Source: Vicugna vicugna | Taxonomy: Eukaryota | Length of the DNA: 64,000 bases | Assembly: GCA_013265495.1 (NCBI GenBank) | Contig: MU057700.1 | Span: 496,001-560,000, forward strand | Reading direction: 5' to 3' | Shown here: positions 1 to 14,000 of the stretch, piece by piece | Layout: each line of letters opens with the position of its first letter | Position numbering within the stretch: position 1 is the first letter of the stretch | Translations under genes and position numbers: made by a program | Notes under the pieces: model-generated | Databases searched by the model: none | Told to the model about the DNA's origin: nothing | What the model saw: the letters and a program-made list of their open reading frames with translations, nothing else

Positions 1-451
1 GAGCACAGAAAGGAGCTCTCAGGAGAGGGACTAAGGCCAGGGCCCCCCTGGATGGACTGCATGGGCTCCTGGACCTGCTCTGAAGCATCTGAGGTGGGAT
101 ATGGTTTTCCAGGCTCTCTTTCTTTCAAGGCCTTGCCCTTTCCAGGACCACAGCAAGTCCCGCATGTCTCATGGAAACACCAGCTCCTGTCTGGGTCACC
201 AGGTGGGCTCACAGGCATGGGGTCAGCATAGTGGTTGTGAAATCAAAGGGAGAGGAGAGTTGGGGACCAAGGATCCTCGTTGCCTGCTGATCTCTATCTC
301 TCTAGGGGAAGGTTTGCTCAGGGTTTCTGGACTCCAAGGAAGGCAGGCAGGACCCCTGGAGGTGCCCTGGACCTGTCCCAGATCTATCCGAGGGCCTTGG
401 ATCTCCTAGGGGTCACCAGCACGCAGTTGGGCAGGGACATGCCACGATGGC

Positions 452-829
452 TCTTATGAGTTAAATCATGTCTTCCTCAAATGTATATGTTGTCACCATA
501 ACCCCTAACGTGTATTGGGCAATGGGGCCTAAAGGGAGGCAATTAAGGTTAAATGAGGTCATAAGGATGGGGCCCTAATCCAGTAGGACTGGCGCCCTTA
601 TAACAAGAAGAAGAGACTCCAGAGAGCTCTCCATCTCTCTCTTTTCCTCTTTCCACATGCTTAGAGGTCAGGCCATGTGAGGACACAGGAGAAGGTGGCT
701 GCCTGCAATCTGGGAAGAGAGGCCTCACCGGAAACCAACCCAGCCTCCAGAACTGTGAGAAATAACTTTCTGTTGTTTAAGCTCCCCCATCTGTAGTATT
801 TTGTGTGGCAGTCTTAGCTGACTAATACA
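452..829 (+). mobile_element. MaLR solo LTR, MLT1A/MST-like
   Basis: Diagnostic blocks aattaaggttaaatgaggtcataagg, ggccatgtgaggacacag, cagcctccagaactgtgagaaataa and terminal gactaataca resemble the MLT1A-type consensus. Confidence 0.85.
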
Positions 830-1574
830 ATTGGCCCAGTAGGAATGTTCTAGATAGAAGGATGCTCTGGGCTGTGAGGCTGGGGCAGCAGAGGGGTGTG
901 ATCAGCAGGAAGAACAGATAGCTCAGGTGCCTGGAAGTGGGCAGGCCCATGTGGACTGAGGCTGGCAGGACTCCTCCCCTGGAGGACCCCTTCGAAGCTG
1001 GGGACATACTGGGGCCATGGCCAAGGACTGTGGAGCTGAGCAGTCCTTGAAGGTGCCTGAGGTGACTGATGACAAGCTGATGACAGGACTAGGGTTGAAG
1101 GCTGAAATTGCAAAGTGACCAACACCTCCCTGGAAGTTAGCTCTAGGGCCAGCTGTCAGAGGACAGGCATGTTGGGGGTGTTGCTCTTGGCTGGGGACCT
1201 GAGAAGAGATTACCAGGGGTTCCAGCAGCCAGAGTGTAACCCATGCACAGAGGCAGGCCCTGGATGTCTCCCAGGGGAGTGTGGGCTTACCCTCCTGGGC
1301 ACTCCCAGAGGTGCTGGCACAGACAGTGAAGAGGCACCAGGATTTCAAGGTCAGGGTCTCTGTTGTTACCCTCTGGGTCCCCTGGGGTTCCTACTTCCAC
1401 CAGATACATCTGATGGACAGTTGCAAGTGTCCTGGACCAGGAGCCTTTTGGCATTCAGCCCTGGACATGGGGCTTTTCAGATACAGGGCTCAACCCTCTG
1501 TGCATGGCCAGGCATGGGGCAAGTTGGACCCGTTTGTGGAGGTCAGCTGTCTGCTTTCCAGTTTTCTGCCACCA

Positions 1575-1712
1575 GCTAATACTTGTCCAATACTTGGCAG
1601 TTGTGTGCCGAGCACTGTGCTGGGCTCCTAAAACCCTGTGTGGTGAGTGCTCTCAAGTCCACATCTCACAGGGAGGTAACTGAAGGTAAGTAGCTGGCCC
1701 CAGGCCACAGTT
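1575..1712 (-). mobile_element. Degenerate MIR SINE fragment
   Basis: tgtgtgccgagcactgtgctgggc ... cacagggaggtaactgaagg ... gccccaggccacag loosely follow the antisense MIR. Confidence 0.45.
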
Positions 1713-1950
1713 GGTTGCATGTCTGCATCAGGTTTACACCTCAACTCATTGAATTTCACAGCTCAGACTGCCTCTCTTCATAGACGCATAGACTTTGGGG
1801 GTGGCTCCCTCATTCTGTGGCTGCTCACCTCACAGACCCTGGAAGTGCTGGCTCTTAGCCTACCTTCCATGGAGGATCCTTCCTGGGAGCACAGAGGAGC
1901 GGACCCTTTCTGGGTACAGTGACCACAGGGCCACCCCTACTTTTGGGCTC

Positions 1951-1990
1951 TGAATTAGGATTCTCCAGTGAAACAGAACTAATAAGATAT

Positions 1991-2072
<82 letters not shown>

Positions 2073-2482
2073 GGGATTTACTATAAATTGGCTCACATGA
2101 TTGTGGAGGCTGAGAAGTCCCAAGACAACCGCAGATGGAGACCCAGGACAGATGTAAGTTCTGGTCTGAAGGCTGACAGGCTTGAGACTCAGTGCTTCAG
2201 TTCAGGTCTGAAGGCCAGAAAAGATCGATGCTTCAGTTCAATAGTCAGGTAGGAGGAGTTCCCTCTGGCTCCTGGGAGAATCAGTCTTTTGTTCTATTCA
2301 GGCCTTCAACTGATCAGATGAGGCCCACCCACATTAGGGCGGGGAATCTGCTGTATGCTGTCTACTGATTCAAATGTTAGTGTCATCCAGAAACACCCCC
2401 CAGAGAATCACTTAAAAACTGTTTGAGCAAATATCTGGGCACCCCATCTGCCCAGTCAAGTTGACACAAAATTCACTATCAT
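1951..2482 (-). mobile_element. ERVL solo LTR, MLT2-like, with internal microsatellite
   Basis: Begins ttaggattctccagtgaaacagaactaata and ends cccagtcaagttgacacaaaattcactatca, the reverse complements of the MLT2 termini. Contains ggctcacatgattgtggaggctgagaagtcc and tcaggccttcaactgat..gatgaggcccacccacatt. Confidence 0.85.
1990..2072. repeat. Compound microsatellite (TTTC)n(TATC)n
   Basis: Read directly from the sequence. Confidence 0.97.
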
Positions 2483-3239
2483 GAGCTCTGAGCCTCCAGG
2501 CCCAGGAGCCCCGAGTGTGTGCCAGCATCCATCCAGACGCCCTGCTCTGGGACAGGCTTTGGCTATATGGCCTGAATGTGGGTGAGACCACTTAACATCC
2601 TGTCCCCTGGGCATGGCCTTCACACTCTGAACCTCCTTCTTTCTCTGTACATGAGGGTACTGTCCATAACCGGCAACCCACGCAGTGTATAGACCAGGGC
2701 GCTGAGGTTCAGAGAGGTCCCATAGTCAGTCAGAGGTGCTGCTCAGATCTGAACCCAGTGTTCTGGTTCCCTGCCTTCCACTAGGGAATTGTGAGCTTTC
2801 CCTGCTCTTGCTGGCTCACGGCTGTTTCTGAAGCTGGGTGGCCTGCCAGCCTTGGGTCCCTGGAGCTGTCTGGGATGTGCAGCAGGAAGCTGAGGCAGAG
2901 TCAGGGGTCTTGAGGGTGAAGAGGATGACTCTCCCCTACCAAGAGAGAACCATGTCTCTCCCTTGAACCCATCAGGGGCTGGCCTTACAGGGGGTTGTCC
3001 AGGAGAGGCAATTGCTGGGAGGCTGGATGCTCTCAAAGGGTGCAAGTCTCCCCATGCCCTGGTGAGATGACCCCTACATGGAGACCCCCTAGAGTTGGCA
3101 TAAGATTCCAGACATACTGGTCTTCACATGCAGTTTAAAAATGGCTCCTTCTAAAAATCAATACAGGCTTTTACAATACCGAAATAGTTATGGTACATGT
3201 TGAGATTTGTGGAACTGAGTCCAATGTCCTGCATGTGCA

Positions 3240-3271
3240 TGTGTGTGTGTGTGTGTGTGTACGTGCGTGTG
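3240..3271. repeat. (TG)n microsatellite
   Basis: Read directly from the sequence. Confidence 0.9.
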
Positions 3272-3711
3272 TTGGAGTGGTCCTGAGAAACCTTCCAACC
3301 ACAGAGGCTGGCCTTTGAGGTCCTGGAAAGTGGATCTAGGGTTCCTGCTTGAGGTTGGCCCACTTTTGACAGGGCCTTTGTGAGTTCAGGACCCAGAGAT
3401 GGAGGCTGTTGAGATAAACAAGGAGCATCCCCATCAGGGAAAGCCCTGGCTCATGGCTGCTCACAGTGAGACCCGGCTGCACACACTGCTTCCGGCCTCC
3501 AGACCTCAGAGACCAGTGCGTTCACCCCCTGTCCTCCAGATGAGGCCCCTGAGGGAAAGGAGCAGGGTCCTACCAGGCTCCAGGTGCCAAGACCAGCCAG
3601 GCTCTGGTCACTTCCCGACATCGGATCCCAGGGGCCAGCTCTCCTTCTCCAAATATCACTTTAGCTTTGTTATCACTTCCTATAAATCAAATCACTTTTT
3701 AAAAAATTTTA

Positions 3712-4208
3712 ACCTTTTTCTAAAATTTAAGTATAGTCAGTTTATAATGTGTCAATTTCTGGTGTACAGCATAATGTTTAGTCATACTTACACATACATA
3801 TACTCCTTTTCATATTCTTTTTCATTATAAGTTATTACAAGGTATTAAATACAGTTCCCTCTGCTATGCAGTATAAACTTGTTGTTTATCTATCTTATAT
3901 ATAGTAGTTAGTATCTGCAAATCTCAGACTCCCAATTTATGCCTTCCCACTCCCTTTCCCTCCTGGTAACCATAAGTTTGTTTTCTATGTCTGTGAGTCT
4001 GTCTCTGTTTTGTAAATAAGTTCATTTGTGTCTTTTTTAAAGAAGTATTCCACATGTGAGTGATATCATATGGTATTTTTCTTTCTCTATGACTTATTTC
4101 ACTTAGAATGACAATCTCCAGTTCCATCCATGTTGCTGCAAATGGCGTTATTTTATTCTTTTTTATGGCTGAGTAGTATTCCATTGTATAAATATACCAC
4201 AACTTCTA
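3712..4208 (-). mobile_element. 5'-truncated lineage-specific L1 (ORF2 C-terminus plus 3' UTR)
   Basis: Minus-strand translation MWYIYTMEYYSAIKKNKITPFAATWMELEIVILSE is the L1 ORF2 C-terminus. The 3' UTR matches the copies at 20.1-21.5 kb and 39.9-40.4 kb. Confidence 0.95.
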
Positions 4209-4921
4209 CTCACTTTTTTTAACCTAGTCTCATCCTAAGCAATGTCAGCCTTCTAACAGTCTTATAGTGTACTTGGGTTTTCTTTTCCCCTCCAAACTCA
4301 GTCTCTATGAAGATGACACATAGGGATGAAGGATGAAGATGGTTTGGGCAGTTTCTGGCTTAAGGAGTCAGGGTGTGCTCTTCAGCAGTTCACTAAGCTG
4401 CTCTGAGGCTTCTGCGAGGCGGCCCGGTCCCAGGAGGACAGGGTTGGTCTGCCTGTTCAGTGGGAGCCAGGCTGCACTGGGCTGATCTCAACACAATCCC
4501 ACAACCTTCAGGGAAATGCTTTTTTCTTTTGCAAAGCCAGGTCATCTGCTGTGACTGACATGCCCTTGTAGGAGTGAGGGTTCAGTAGAGCAGAGTGGGC
4601 TTCACTTTCTCCATTATGTCTTCTCGGATTGGCCATCTTATCCCCAGTGACACCTGGTGTTTAGAAGTCTGCATTTTAGGGGGATAAACACACCCACATA
4701 TAGAATTTATGTGACAGGATTCATCCTCTTGCCTTCTACCTTTCTATGCTTCAGTGTGACACTTGTTAGCAACATAAGGCTAGATTTTCCTTCTGTGCCC
4801 CATCTGACAGTCTCTGTAGAGTCCGTTTGTGGTTATTCTTTTTATTAATCTGTGAGAAGTTCATTCTACCCCTTAATTTTTGTCCTGGATTTTTCTAGAC
4901 TTCTATTTTCCCTCTCCTTCA

Positions 4922-5082
4922 TTTTTTTTATTGAGTTATAGTCAGTTTACAATGTTGCATCAGCCCCTGGTGTACAGCACAATTCCTCATATTCATTCTC
5001 ATATTCTTTTTCACCACGAGCTACTACAAGATATTGAATATATTTCCCTGTGCTATACAGTATAAATTTGTTTATCTATTTT
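4922..5082 (-). mobile_element. Short L1 3' tail
   Basis: Poly-T followed by ttgagttatagtcagtttacaatgttg...ccctgtgctatacag; similar in reverse to the tail at 61,805-62,040. Confidence 0.85.
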
Positions 5083-6450
5083 ACACTGGGCTGTTTTGTC
5101 TTTTTGTTGCTGAGTTTTAAAAGTTCTTTATATATTCTGGATATTAAACTCTTAACAGATATGCAATTTGCAAATATTTCCTCCCATTCTGTAAGTTGTC
5201 TTTTCACTTTCTTGACAATGTCCTTTGATGCACAGAAGTTTTAAATTTGATAAAGTTCAAATTTATCTGTTTTTGTTGTTGCTGTTGCTCATGCTTTTGA
5301 TGTCATATCTAAGAATCCATTGCCATATCTGAGGTCATGAAGATCTACCTATGTATTTTCTTCTAAGAGTTTTATGATCTTAGCTCCTATATTTAGGTTG
5401 TTGATTCATTTTGAATTTTTTTTGTTTGTTTGCTTTTAGTGTGAGGTAAGGGCCCAACTTCATTCTTTTGCATGTGGAAATCCAGTTGTCCTTGAACCAT
5501 TTGTTGAAGAGACTACTCTTTCCCCATTGAGTGGACTTGACATCTCTGCCAAAAATCAATGGAACATAGACTGGGCTTGATTTTATTCCATTGGTTTATA
5601 TATTCATCTTTATTCCAGTTCCACACTGTTTTGATTGTTGTAGCTTTGCAGTATGTTTCAAAATCAAGAAGTGTGAATCCTCTGACTTTGTTCTTTTACA
5701 GGATTGTTTTGGCTATTCAGGGCTCTTTGCAATACCATATGAATTTGAAGATGTGCTTTTCCATTTCTGTTAAAAAGACTGTTGGAATTTTGATAAGGTT
5801 TGTGTTGCATCTGTAACTGCTTTGGGTAGCATTGACACCTTAACAATATTAAGTCTTCCTGCCCATGAACATGGAATGTTTTTTCATTTTAGGTTAGGTT
5901 TTTAACTTCTTTCAGCAATGTTTTGTAGTTTTCAGTGAACAAGTTTTTGCACATCTTTTGTTAAATTTATTTCTGAATATCTTATTCTTTTTGATGATAA
6001 GTGGATTTTTTTTCTTAATCTTTTTTCAAATAGTTCATTGCAAGATATAGAAATATAATTGATTTTTATCTATTGATCCTGTTTCTGCAACCTTGCTGAA
6101 CTCATATATCAGTTTTAATAGTTTTCTTGTAGATTCTTTAGGATTTTCTATACACAAGATTATGTTATCTGTGAATGGAGATTGTTTTACTTCTTCCTTT
6201 CCAATTTGGATGCCTTTATTTATTTTTCTTGCCGAATTGCTCTGGCTTGAACTGCCAGAAAATATTGAATAGCAGTGGAAAAAATGGGCTCCTTTTCTGG
6301 CTCCTGATCTTAAGGGGGAAAGTTTTCAGTTTTTCCCTGCTGGCTATAATGTTAGCTGTGAGTTTTTCATAAATGCCCTATATCATGTCTAGGAAGTCCC
6401 TCCTATTCCTAGTTTTCTGAGGATTTACATCATTAAAGGGTGTTGGAATC
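5083..6450 (-). mobile_element. Older L1M (L1MA/MB-like) ORF2 fragment, decayed
   Basis: Antisense L1 ORF2 blocks such as tttgcaaatatttcctcccattctgt, ccatttgttgaagagact..tttccccattga and ttttacttcttcctttccaatttggatgcc. Confidence 0.9.
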
Positions 6451-7029
6451 CTGCCACTGTGGTGTCTCTGGGCCCTTTCTTTAGTTGACCTGTCTCCCTG
6501 TGTCCTCTCTAATTTGGGATTGTGGGCTTATTTTTTTTTTATTAATTACTTGTTGTGAAATATAGCCATCCGTTTATTTTCTCAGCAAAGTTTTGACTCT
6601 CTCTAAGGAGACACTCCGCAGCAACATGGGACTTGGGCTGTGGGAGTTCTGTGGAGTCTAGGGGACACACATCTGCAGAGAGGTTGTGTGCTTGCTCCTA
6701 CTAATAGCCTGAGGCTCTTGCTGGCCTTGAACCTCTCTTGATGGTGCTTTCTGGCTTGGGCTTCCAGAATCATGCAGGTGGTGTATATTTGAAACTTAGA
6801 CACTCAAGATGCTAAGATTATGATTAAAAACTCAAGCAGAAAACTGTCTGCCAATGAAAAAGATTTTGTTTTGCTTGCTAGACCTTTTCACTGAAGTTGT
6901 AAGCCTTTAAGGGTCCTGACTTGGGTGTATGTGAGGGAGTAGTGGCTCCCAGTTCCCGCTTTTTGCTTCTTAGCAGCCTAAGCTCTTGACCCTTCTCCTG
7001 TGAGGACCTTTAAAATTGGAAGCAGGCCG

Positions 7030-7170
7030 AGATGCAATATTCACCGAAGGGCCAATTCATGGGAAATCAATTTGCTGAAAGTCAATTTTTTCAAAAAAAC
7101 TGTTTGCTGAAGATGGAATTTGCCAGATGACCGATTTGCCAAATCTACCAATTTAAGAAACATTTGTTTC
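7030..7170. mobile_element. MER53-like hAT MITE fragment
   Basis: Repeated short motif caattt/gctgaa/gccaaa (ccaattcatgg, tcaatttgctgaaa, gaatttgccaga, cgatttgccaaa, ccaatttaag), as recalled for MER53. Confidence 0.5.
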
Positions 7171-7894
7171 TTTGATGATAATAAAGTTTGTGGCTATTGG
7201 GTGATATGGTTTTTAAATTCTAACAGTTTCTAAAGTTTTCTGTGATGTTTTAGCTGGCTGGCTGTTGTTTTGTTTCATGGTAACCCTCTAAGGAAGGTTA
7301 GGCCAGCTGAAGGTTAAGGTCGCATGGTGCAGTCAGTCTTTTTGTGAGGATGTTCAAGCCCCAGTCCTGGGCTAGGCAGCCGTCACCCTGTCCTGTTCCT
7401 GGTCAGGCACAGCATCAGATCAGTGCCTGGTTTTACACTCCGTGATTTCTTGCTCTTCATTTCTGCCCTTGGAAATGCCCTTCACTCTCTCGAAAGTTCA
7501 ACCTGCATTTAAATGTTGGGGGTGGGTTGGAGGTGGAGGATTTCCGAGGTCTCCAGGATTGCTGAAATGGAGCTGGCTCTGTCCTTTTTGTGGACAGGGA
7601 AGCAGAGACCCACAGCAGGAAAGCCACCCTATAATAGTCATGGAGTGGTTAGGGGTGTAGTTGAGATTTGAACCTGGGTCTGCCTCCTGCTGCCTCGTCA
7701 GCCAATAGTAAAGGATATTCCTTAGAATATTCAAGTCCTCTTCGAGGTTCACAAAGTGTTTATGAGGAGGAGGGGATGTGAGCCCCACTGTGGCCCCAGG
7801 GCTCTTCAGATGTCTGATTCTACCCATAGCTGGGACCCTGGGCACCTACAACCCCACCTACAGTGGGGTTCCCACAGCAGCTGTAACACTACAC

Positions 7895-8005
7895 TATTGG
7901 TGCCACTTACAGATGAGGAACTAAGGCTCAAAGTGGCAAAACAGCTCCCCACCCTTCCCCATTTGGCAAATGTCAGAGCTGGAGCACTTATCCCTTCTCC
8001 TGACT
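7895..8005 (-). mobile_element. MIR SINE fragment
   Basis: ttacagatgaggaactaaggctc is the antisense MIR core. Confidence 0.65.
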
Positions 8006-11000
8006 CCTCCTACTATGGGGAGTCTCCAGTTACACGTGTTCCCACGCATCATACACTGACACAAGCTGAGCCGTGAGGCAGAGGGCAGGGGGTGCCCAGG
8101 CCCGAGCCAGCACTGCAGCTCAGGGCAGCCTGGCCCGAGGAGCAGCAGCTGTGGCTCCCCACACCTCGGATGGGCTGTCTCCATCACTGAGGGCAGAAGC
8201 AGTGGGGTACCACTTACAGCCTGGATGCTAGAAACCTGTGTGGGGAATTCAAAGTCAGGTCAGGAAGCCACCTCCAACCCCTTCTCCCACCACGGGTGTC
8301 TGGGAAAAGTGGCACAAGGCTAGGCTCCCTCTGGGCCTCTGGGCCTCCGTCTCCTGGCATGTAAAACAGGATCATATCACCTGCCCTGAGCCTTCTCTTA
8401 AGTCCAGGCTTTTCTGTGCCTGGTTTTCCCAGGTGCTGAGAAGGTATTAGTGCAGAGTGAGGTACACTGACAGAATTAGTTGAGGGGTCAGAGCTGGAAA
8501 GGGTGTTGGGACTGGCCAACAGCTTTGACCTTGTTCGCCTACTTGGTGGCTTGGTTGCTACTACCTGGAGCACTGTGTTGAGAAAGACCCTGAGGACTCA
8601 TCTGGGCTCGGAAGGGAGGTGGAGGCTGCAAGCGATTACCATTGCCCTCCCTGGGGGAGGCAGGGGTGCCTCTGGTGTAAGTGCCAGCTGTACTGCCCAC
8701 CTCGTCTCCACAGATGGAAGCGCTGGAGGTGCGGCAAGAAGGAAAGGGCCTGCAGACTCTGCTGTGGGGCCCAGACCTCGGGTCCCCCGCCCGGCACACT
8801 GTGGAACCATCCAGGCCCGTTTCTGCGCTTCTTCTTCTGAGGACCAGCAGACTCTGCCGCGCTGGCTCCATCCTGGGAGTGCGGGTTAATGTGCTGTTAC
8901 ATATTGCATGAGGCAGCCTGCTGATGAAGCACCCGAGATTCTTGCTCACAGCAACCCCGCCTCTGAACTCAATGCCCAGAGGGTCCCATTAGCTTGGCTC
9001 TCAGGTCGATTGCACCTCGGAAAGGCCTGGCTGGATCGAGGCTGAGTTCTTCCCTGAACACTTTGTGCCGGGAGGAACGCAGCTTCCTTCCCACCCCTTG
9101 CCACAGCTATGGGCACGGCCTTGTCTGAGGCCACCTTAGCCACTTGCTCTGGGGAGTAGCCCAGCTGGCAGCCCAGAGCCGGGTGAACCATCCAGGAGTG
9201 GTGGCCACAGCCTGCCATCACCTCCTCTGACTTGCTGTACCTCCCCCACCCCTGTCCGGGACTGCACCCCGTCTTTGCCATCGCCCTCACCTTGGGCTTG
9301 GCTGCCTCAATCAGCTCTTCTCTTAGCCACTGAACCTCACCTCCATGCTGAGCGAGCTCAGGTGACATGCGTGGGTGGCTGTCATGCCAGGCAGATCCCG
9401 CCCGTGGGAGGAGGGCTCTCCAGGGAGTGCCGGCCCGCAGGCTTTATCCCTTCCAGAACGAGCCGTGGCGGGTCTCAGTGGCCCTCAGAACTGTGCAGGC
9501 TGTTTCTTGCCTCCTGGCCACCCACATGTCCCATAATTGAAACTGCCTTTTCCTGGACCTGTCCGAATGAAGAGATAAGATGAGAGGGCTTGTTTCTTGG
9601 TGGGACAGTGCTGGGGGTCTCTGGCCACCTGCTGCCCCTCAGGCCTGCCTCTCATCACCTCTGTGGAGCAGCCCCCTGGGGTATGTGGTGGACACGATGG
9701 TCCCTAGATGCACATCCCACACAGGCAGGAGAGGGGTCTGCAGGGCTGCAGAGTGACCCTCTCACCTTCCATTGCAGACACTTCATCATGAGCAGGTCTG
9801 GACTGGCTGGCCGTGTGGGATGGGCTGGGGCCTGGCAGAGGGGGTGGCCATCAAACAGGAGTCCCTTCTTGCTCATGGACATGCGTCTATCCCCATCCAT
9901 GGTGAGCCCTCTCTGGGCCTGCCCGGGGCCTAGAGGAGACAAGGGGCCCCCACAACATTCTTGGGTCTCCCTTAGAGTGCTCAGGTCCTGATGAGCTGAA
10001 AATTTGGGGGTTAAGCTCTCAAACTGGTGTCTCTCTGAGCTGGTGTTTCGGAGAAAGTGACACTGGTCTCTGAATCAGCTGGGGTTCCCTCTATATCCCA
10101 GAGCAGGCAGTGTTGTGATCCCCGGACACAGGAAGGAGGTCCACAGCTCTGGTCCTGCTGCGTGTAGCTGAGATGTGGGCTCATCTCCAAGGGGCTGACT
10201 GGCACCCCCAGTCCCCACCCCCATCAAAGCTCTGGGAGTGGCTGCCTCACTGCCTTGCACAGGCCTTCTGGCTCCTTGGCCTCTCAGCCTGGTCTGACCC
10301 TCAGTGCCAGGGTGCAGCCCACCTACTCACCCCTCAGCTGAACCTCCAGCCAGGCTGGCACAGGGGCCCAGACTCTCTTGTTATCAGGAGTCCCAGAGGC
10401 CAGTCGCTGCCTAGATAACTGCACGTACTTCTTTCAACACCCTGTCCTCGGAGTTACCACGAGGGGCTGAAAATGGGATGCCAGCCCCTTGCCCGGCAGT
10501 GTGTAGGGAGGTGCAGCTGGTCCTCACTCTGCCATCTCCCGATAGGAGCATTGTCAATCAAAGTGTCCTCATATATCACAAAACTGAATTACAGAGGGGA
10601 TCTGGCTAGAGGCAGCTAAATGCTAGGAGCTGACAGACACGAACCTCCTGGCCTGGTGAGGCTCTGAGGCCCTGACAGCAGACCCAGCCAGAGAGGAATG
10701 AGGGATAAAGGGCCCCATGCCTCACAGAGTGTCCAAAGGACGAGGTTGTGCCGTGACCCTCACGCCCTGACTGCTGGGGGAGAGGGGCCACCCAAGGCCA
10801 CACAACTGGTTGGGCTGGACCAGGCTGGGGATCTCTGAGTCATGAGCCAGCTGTCTGTCTGCGGCCCGGCCTGGGCTCCACTCCCTGGTCAGACTCAATG
10901 TCCCTGTGCTTGTGTGTCTCATATGGCTTCTAGCGGCCTCAGGCCAGCATGGCAGCTCTCCAGCTTTCAGGGTCTAGAGCCGGCAGAGTGCTGGGCAAGG

Positions 11001-14000
11001 TGGTGCCGTGAGGGTGGGCTTGGCCATGGCCCTGAACTGGCCACAAGGAGACCAGGTGCTCCTCTGGGTGCTGCTGATAGCACGTTCTTCATGGGGAATG
11101 ATGACAGGGTCCTCCTGGAGGCCCAGTTAGGAGAGTCAAGGGATGGCTGGGGGGCAGTGCTGCCCAGAGGGGAGGCTGAACTTTATGACCCCCATTTTCT
11201 GGGCCTCTGGACACCTCGGCCTCAGAAAAAGCACTGTGGGCCCTTCCCCCATCCACATAGGGGCCTGGAGGCCACTCACCCTGCACCTCCTGCTGCCACT
11301 CTACTCTGCTGCTTGGTTTCAGAACAAAGGTGCCCATCACCAGAAGGAGTGCAAGGGAACTCACCACATGTCAGGGCCGGCAGGGGCTCAGAGAGCACCT
11401 CACCCCTCGCCAGTGTCCCCTACAAGTGGAGACTTGCTCACCCCTCATGACAGGGAACTCATTCCCTCCCCTGCTAACTCCCCTTACCACCACCCTCCCT
11501 TCTGCACTCCCTGTCTGCACTTCCAGCCCTAACCAGGAGTCCAGCCCCCACACGCTGCCAAGCTGTGACACAGTGTATGGTGTCCGAGTGGAGGAAAAGA
11601 TGACGGCCACCAGGCCCCACAGGTGCCAGAACACCTTGGCAGAGGCTACCACCCACAGATACTTCTCCTGCATGTGGTGTGGAAACCCAAGCCATAGAGG
11701 AGCCCAGGGGAAGAGAAGTCTGTCAAGGAGGAGGCTCAGAAGCCTGGAGGCCCTGCTCATGCCTTAGGCTCCGCCAGGAGGCTCCTGGCCAGACCCCTTC
11801 CTGGGACCACCTGGCCTCCTGATCTGCCCACCTAAGGACAGCCCCGCCCCTTCCCCAGGCTCCGCCCATCCTTTCAGGGCAGCCCTCCCCAACACATGCA
11901 CATGGAGACCTTGCCCAGCAGCTCCCCACCAGTGGCGAAGAAGCCTGGAGCACAGTCTACCCCATGGCTCCCGCACAGTTTCAAGCGCTACACTGCAGCC
12001 TGGGTACTAGTGTCCAGAGCAGCCTCCTGGGCCAGGCCGGCTTGTGTGGTCAGCCATGCTGCTAGTTCAGAGCCACAGACACATTAGGAGGAACAGCCTT
12101 TGCAATTGCACATTTTCAAGAACCCATTAAGGTCAAAATGGCAGGTCTGCATATTTGACGTGGGTTTTCCCCAAATCATTTTTCATTCTCATCTTTCTCT
12201 GCTTCTGGTCTCTGTACCCTCTCTCGTAAATCCACCTGATGCTTTTTCAGTTTGCATCCTGAGAACGTCATCTCTACTATGACCTGAGTCCTTATGCGCA
12301 GAGTGGCCTAACCACCATTGCCATGGTGCGGCCAGCAGATCCTGAAGGTGGCTCTGTGTCCTGGGGCTGTGAACCTCCCAGGGCGGGGACAGTGTCCCAC
12401 TGGTGCTGGTCTCTGAGTTGCCTAGCCAGCACTTCCTTGGGTAGCCAATTCCTTGAATTACATTTTCTCCATCTTGTCTACCCAGCAAGGTTTCTGTTCT
12501 CTGGACTGGATCTTATAATATATTTTTGTGTATGAAGAAACAAACAAACAAACTTGAGTCCAGAGAAGGCCAACGATGCAGAGGACCTGAGAGTGAGGTG
12601 AACCCACAGCCCTGCCTGCTGCTCTGGTGACCGTGGGCCTCCTCATGAGGTGTGTCACCCACAAGAAGAGGGCCTGCCACCCCGTGGGCCTGGGCAGTGG
12701 TGTGGCCCACCGTGGCCTCCTGTGGTCCTGTTCAGAAAGCTTGACAGGCGTGGGTGACTTGGCCGTGATGACGCCCCAGGAATGCCTACCAGCGGGCATG
12801 TAGCAAGCCTGAGCCTTGAGGCGTCTGCCCATCTGGGGACTGAGCCAGTTGCTCTCTGACGGAGGGGTCACCGGAGGGGTGGGCATGGCATGCCCGGCAG
12901 CACAGTGGCCAGGCCACTCTGTGCAGCCACCCCTCACCTCCAAGACCACTGAGGACTCTTCGTCTCAGAGTCAGCATGCGAGGCCCTTCCAAGCCTGGCC
13001 AAGACCTCCTCACCACCCCTCGCGCCTCCTGTCCTTTATCTTACATGCTGGCCCCAAGGCTTTCTGAGCATAGCAGAAATGGCGGGCGTCCTCACTTCTG
13101 CCCATGGTCACGTGCCAGGCCCTCAGCCCTCCTGGGAGCTGTCCCAGAGTGCCCTGCCTAGGAGAAGGCCCAGATCAGACTCTGCCAGGGATGCGGGTGC
13201 CAGTGTGGTTCCCCAACAAACTTCTCCAGGGTGAGGCCTCGATCGGTGTCTGTGATGTGCTGTCCCTGCCTGAGCATGGAGCTCACAGAACAAGGGCAAA
13301 GACAGCCACGGGGCCCACCCTTGCAGGGCTCAGGGTCTCATCCAGCCCTCCCTTGAGCCCCTCATCCTTGTTATGCCCTGGGGAGATGGATTAAGGAAGG
13401 TGGGTCCTCGGGCCTCGGGTGGCAGGGAGGACTCAGGCCCAGGTCCGGTTTCTTGGCCCACCCAGGCTCCCTGCACACTCATGAGGATCCCTTTGCAGAA
13501 TGGCCATCTTTTGAGATTCCTGAGGCAGGATATGCACTTGTCCCCTACTCTGTCACCCCACAGCCCTCCACACGGGGAGCTCTGAGACACCAGGGGCCCA
13601 GAGCAATCCTGCATGCAGACTGTGTTCTGGAGGGGCCAGGGGTTGGGGGCAGGCTCACCCGCAGCCCGGGCATCCAGCCCTCTCAAGTCTTGTACTACAC
13701 GTGGGGGTGAGAACTGAGCCTTCCCCCTCTCTCCTTCCCAGGCCAGGGCCCAGATCCCACCTCCCTCCTGGCTGCCTCTCCTCCCCGCCCCTGTGCTAAC
13801 AAGGAGAACTTCCATTAAGGCTGATGACAGACACTGCCACCCAGGAGACACCCTTTGATCTCAGGGCAGCAGGAAGCAGAGGGGGTCAAGAGGGGGCTGC
13901 CCTTCTGACACACACCAGTGTCCTGACCTGGGGGTGGCAGGCGAGGGCGTGGGAGGGCAGGGCCTTGGGGGGCAGGCCTCTGACCTGGATGGGACTGTCT

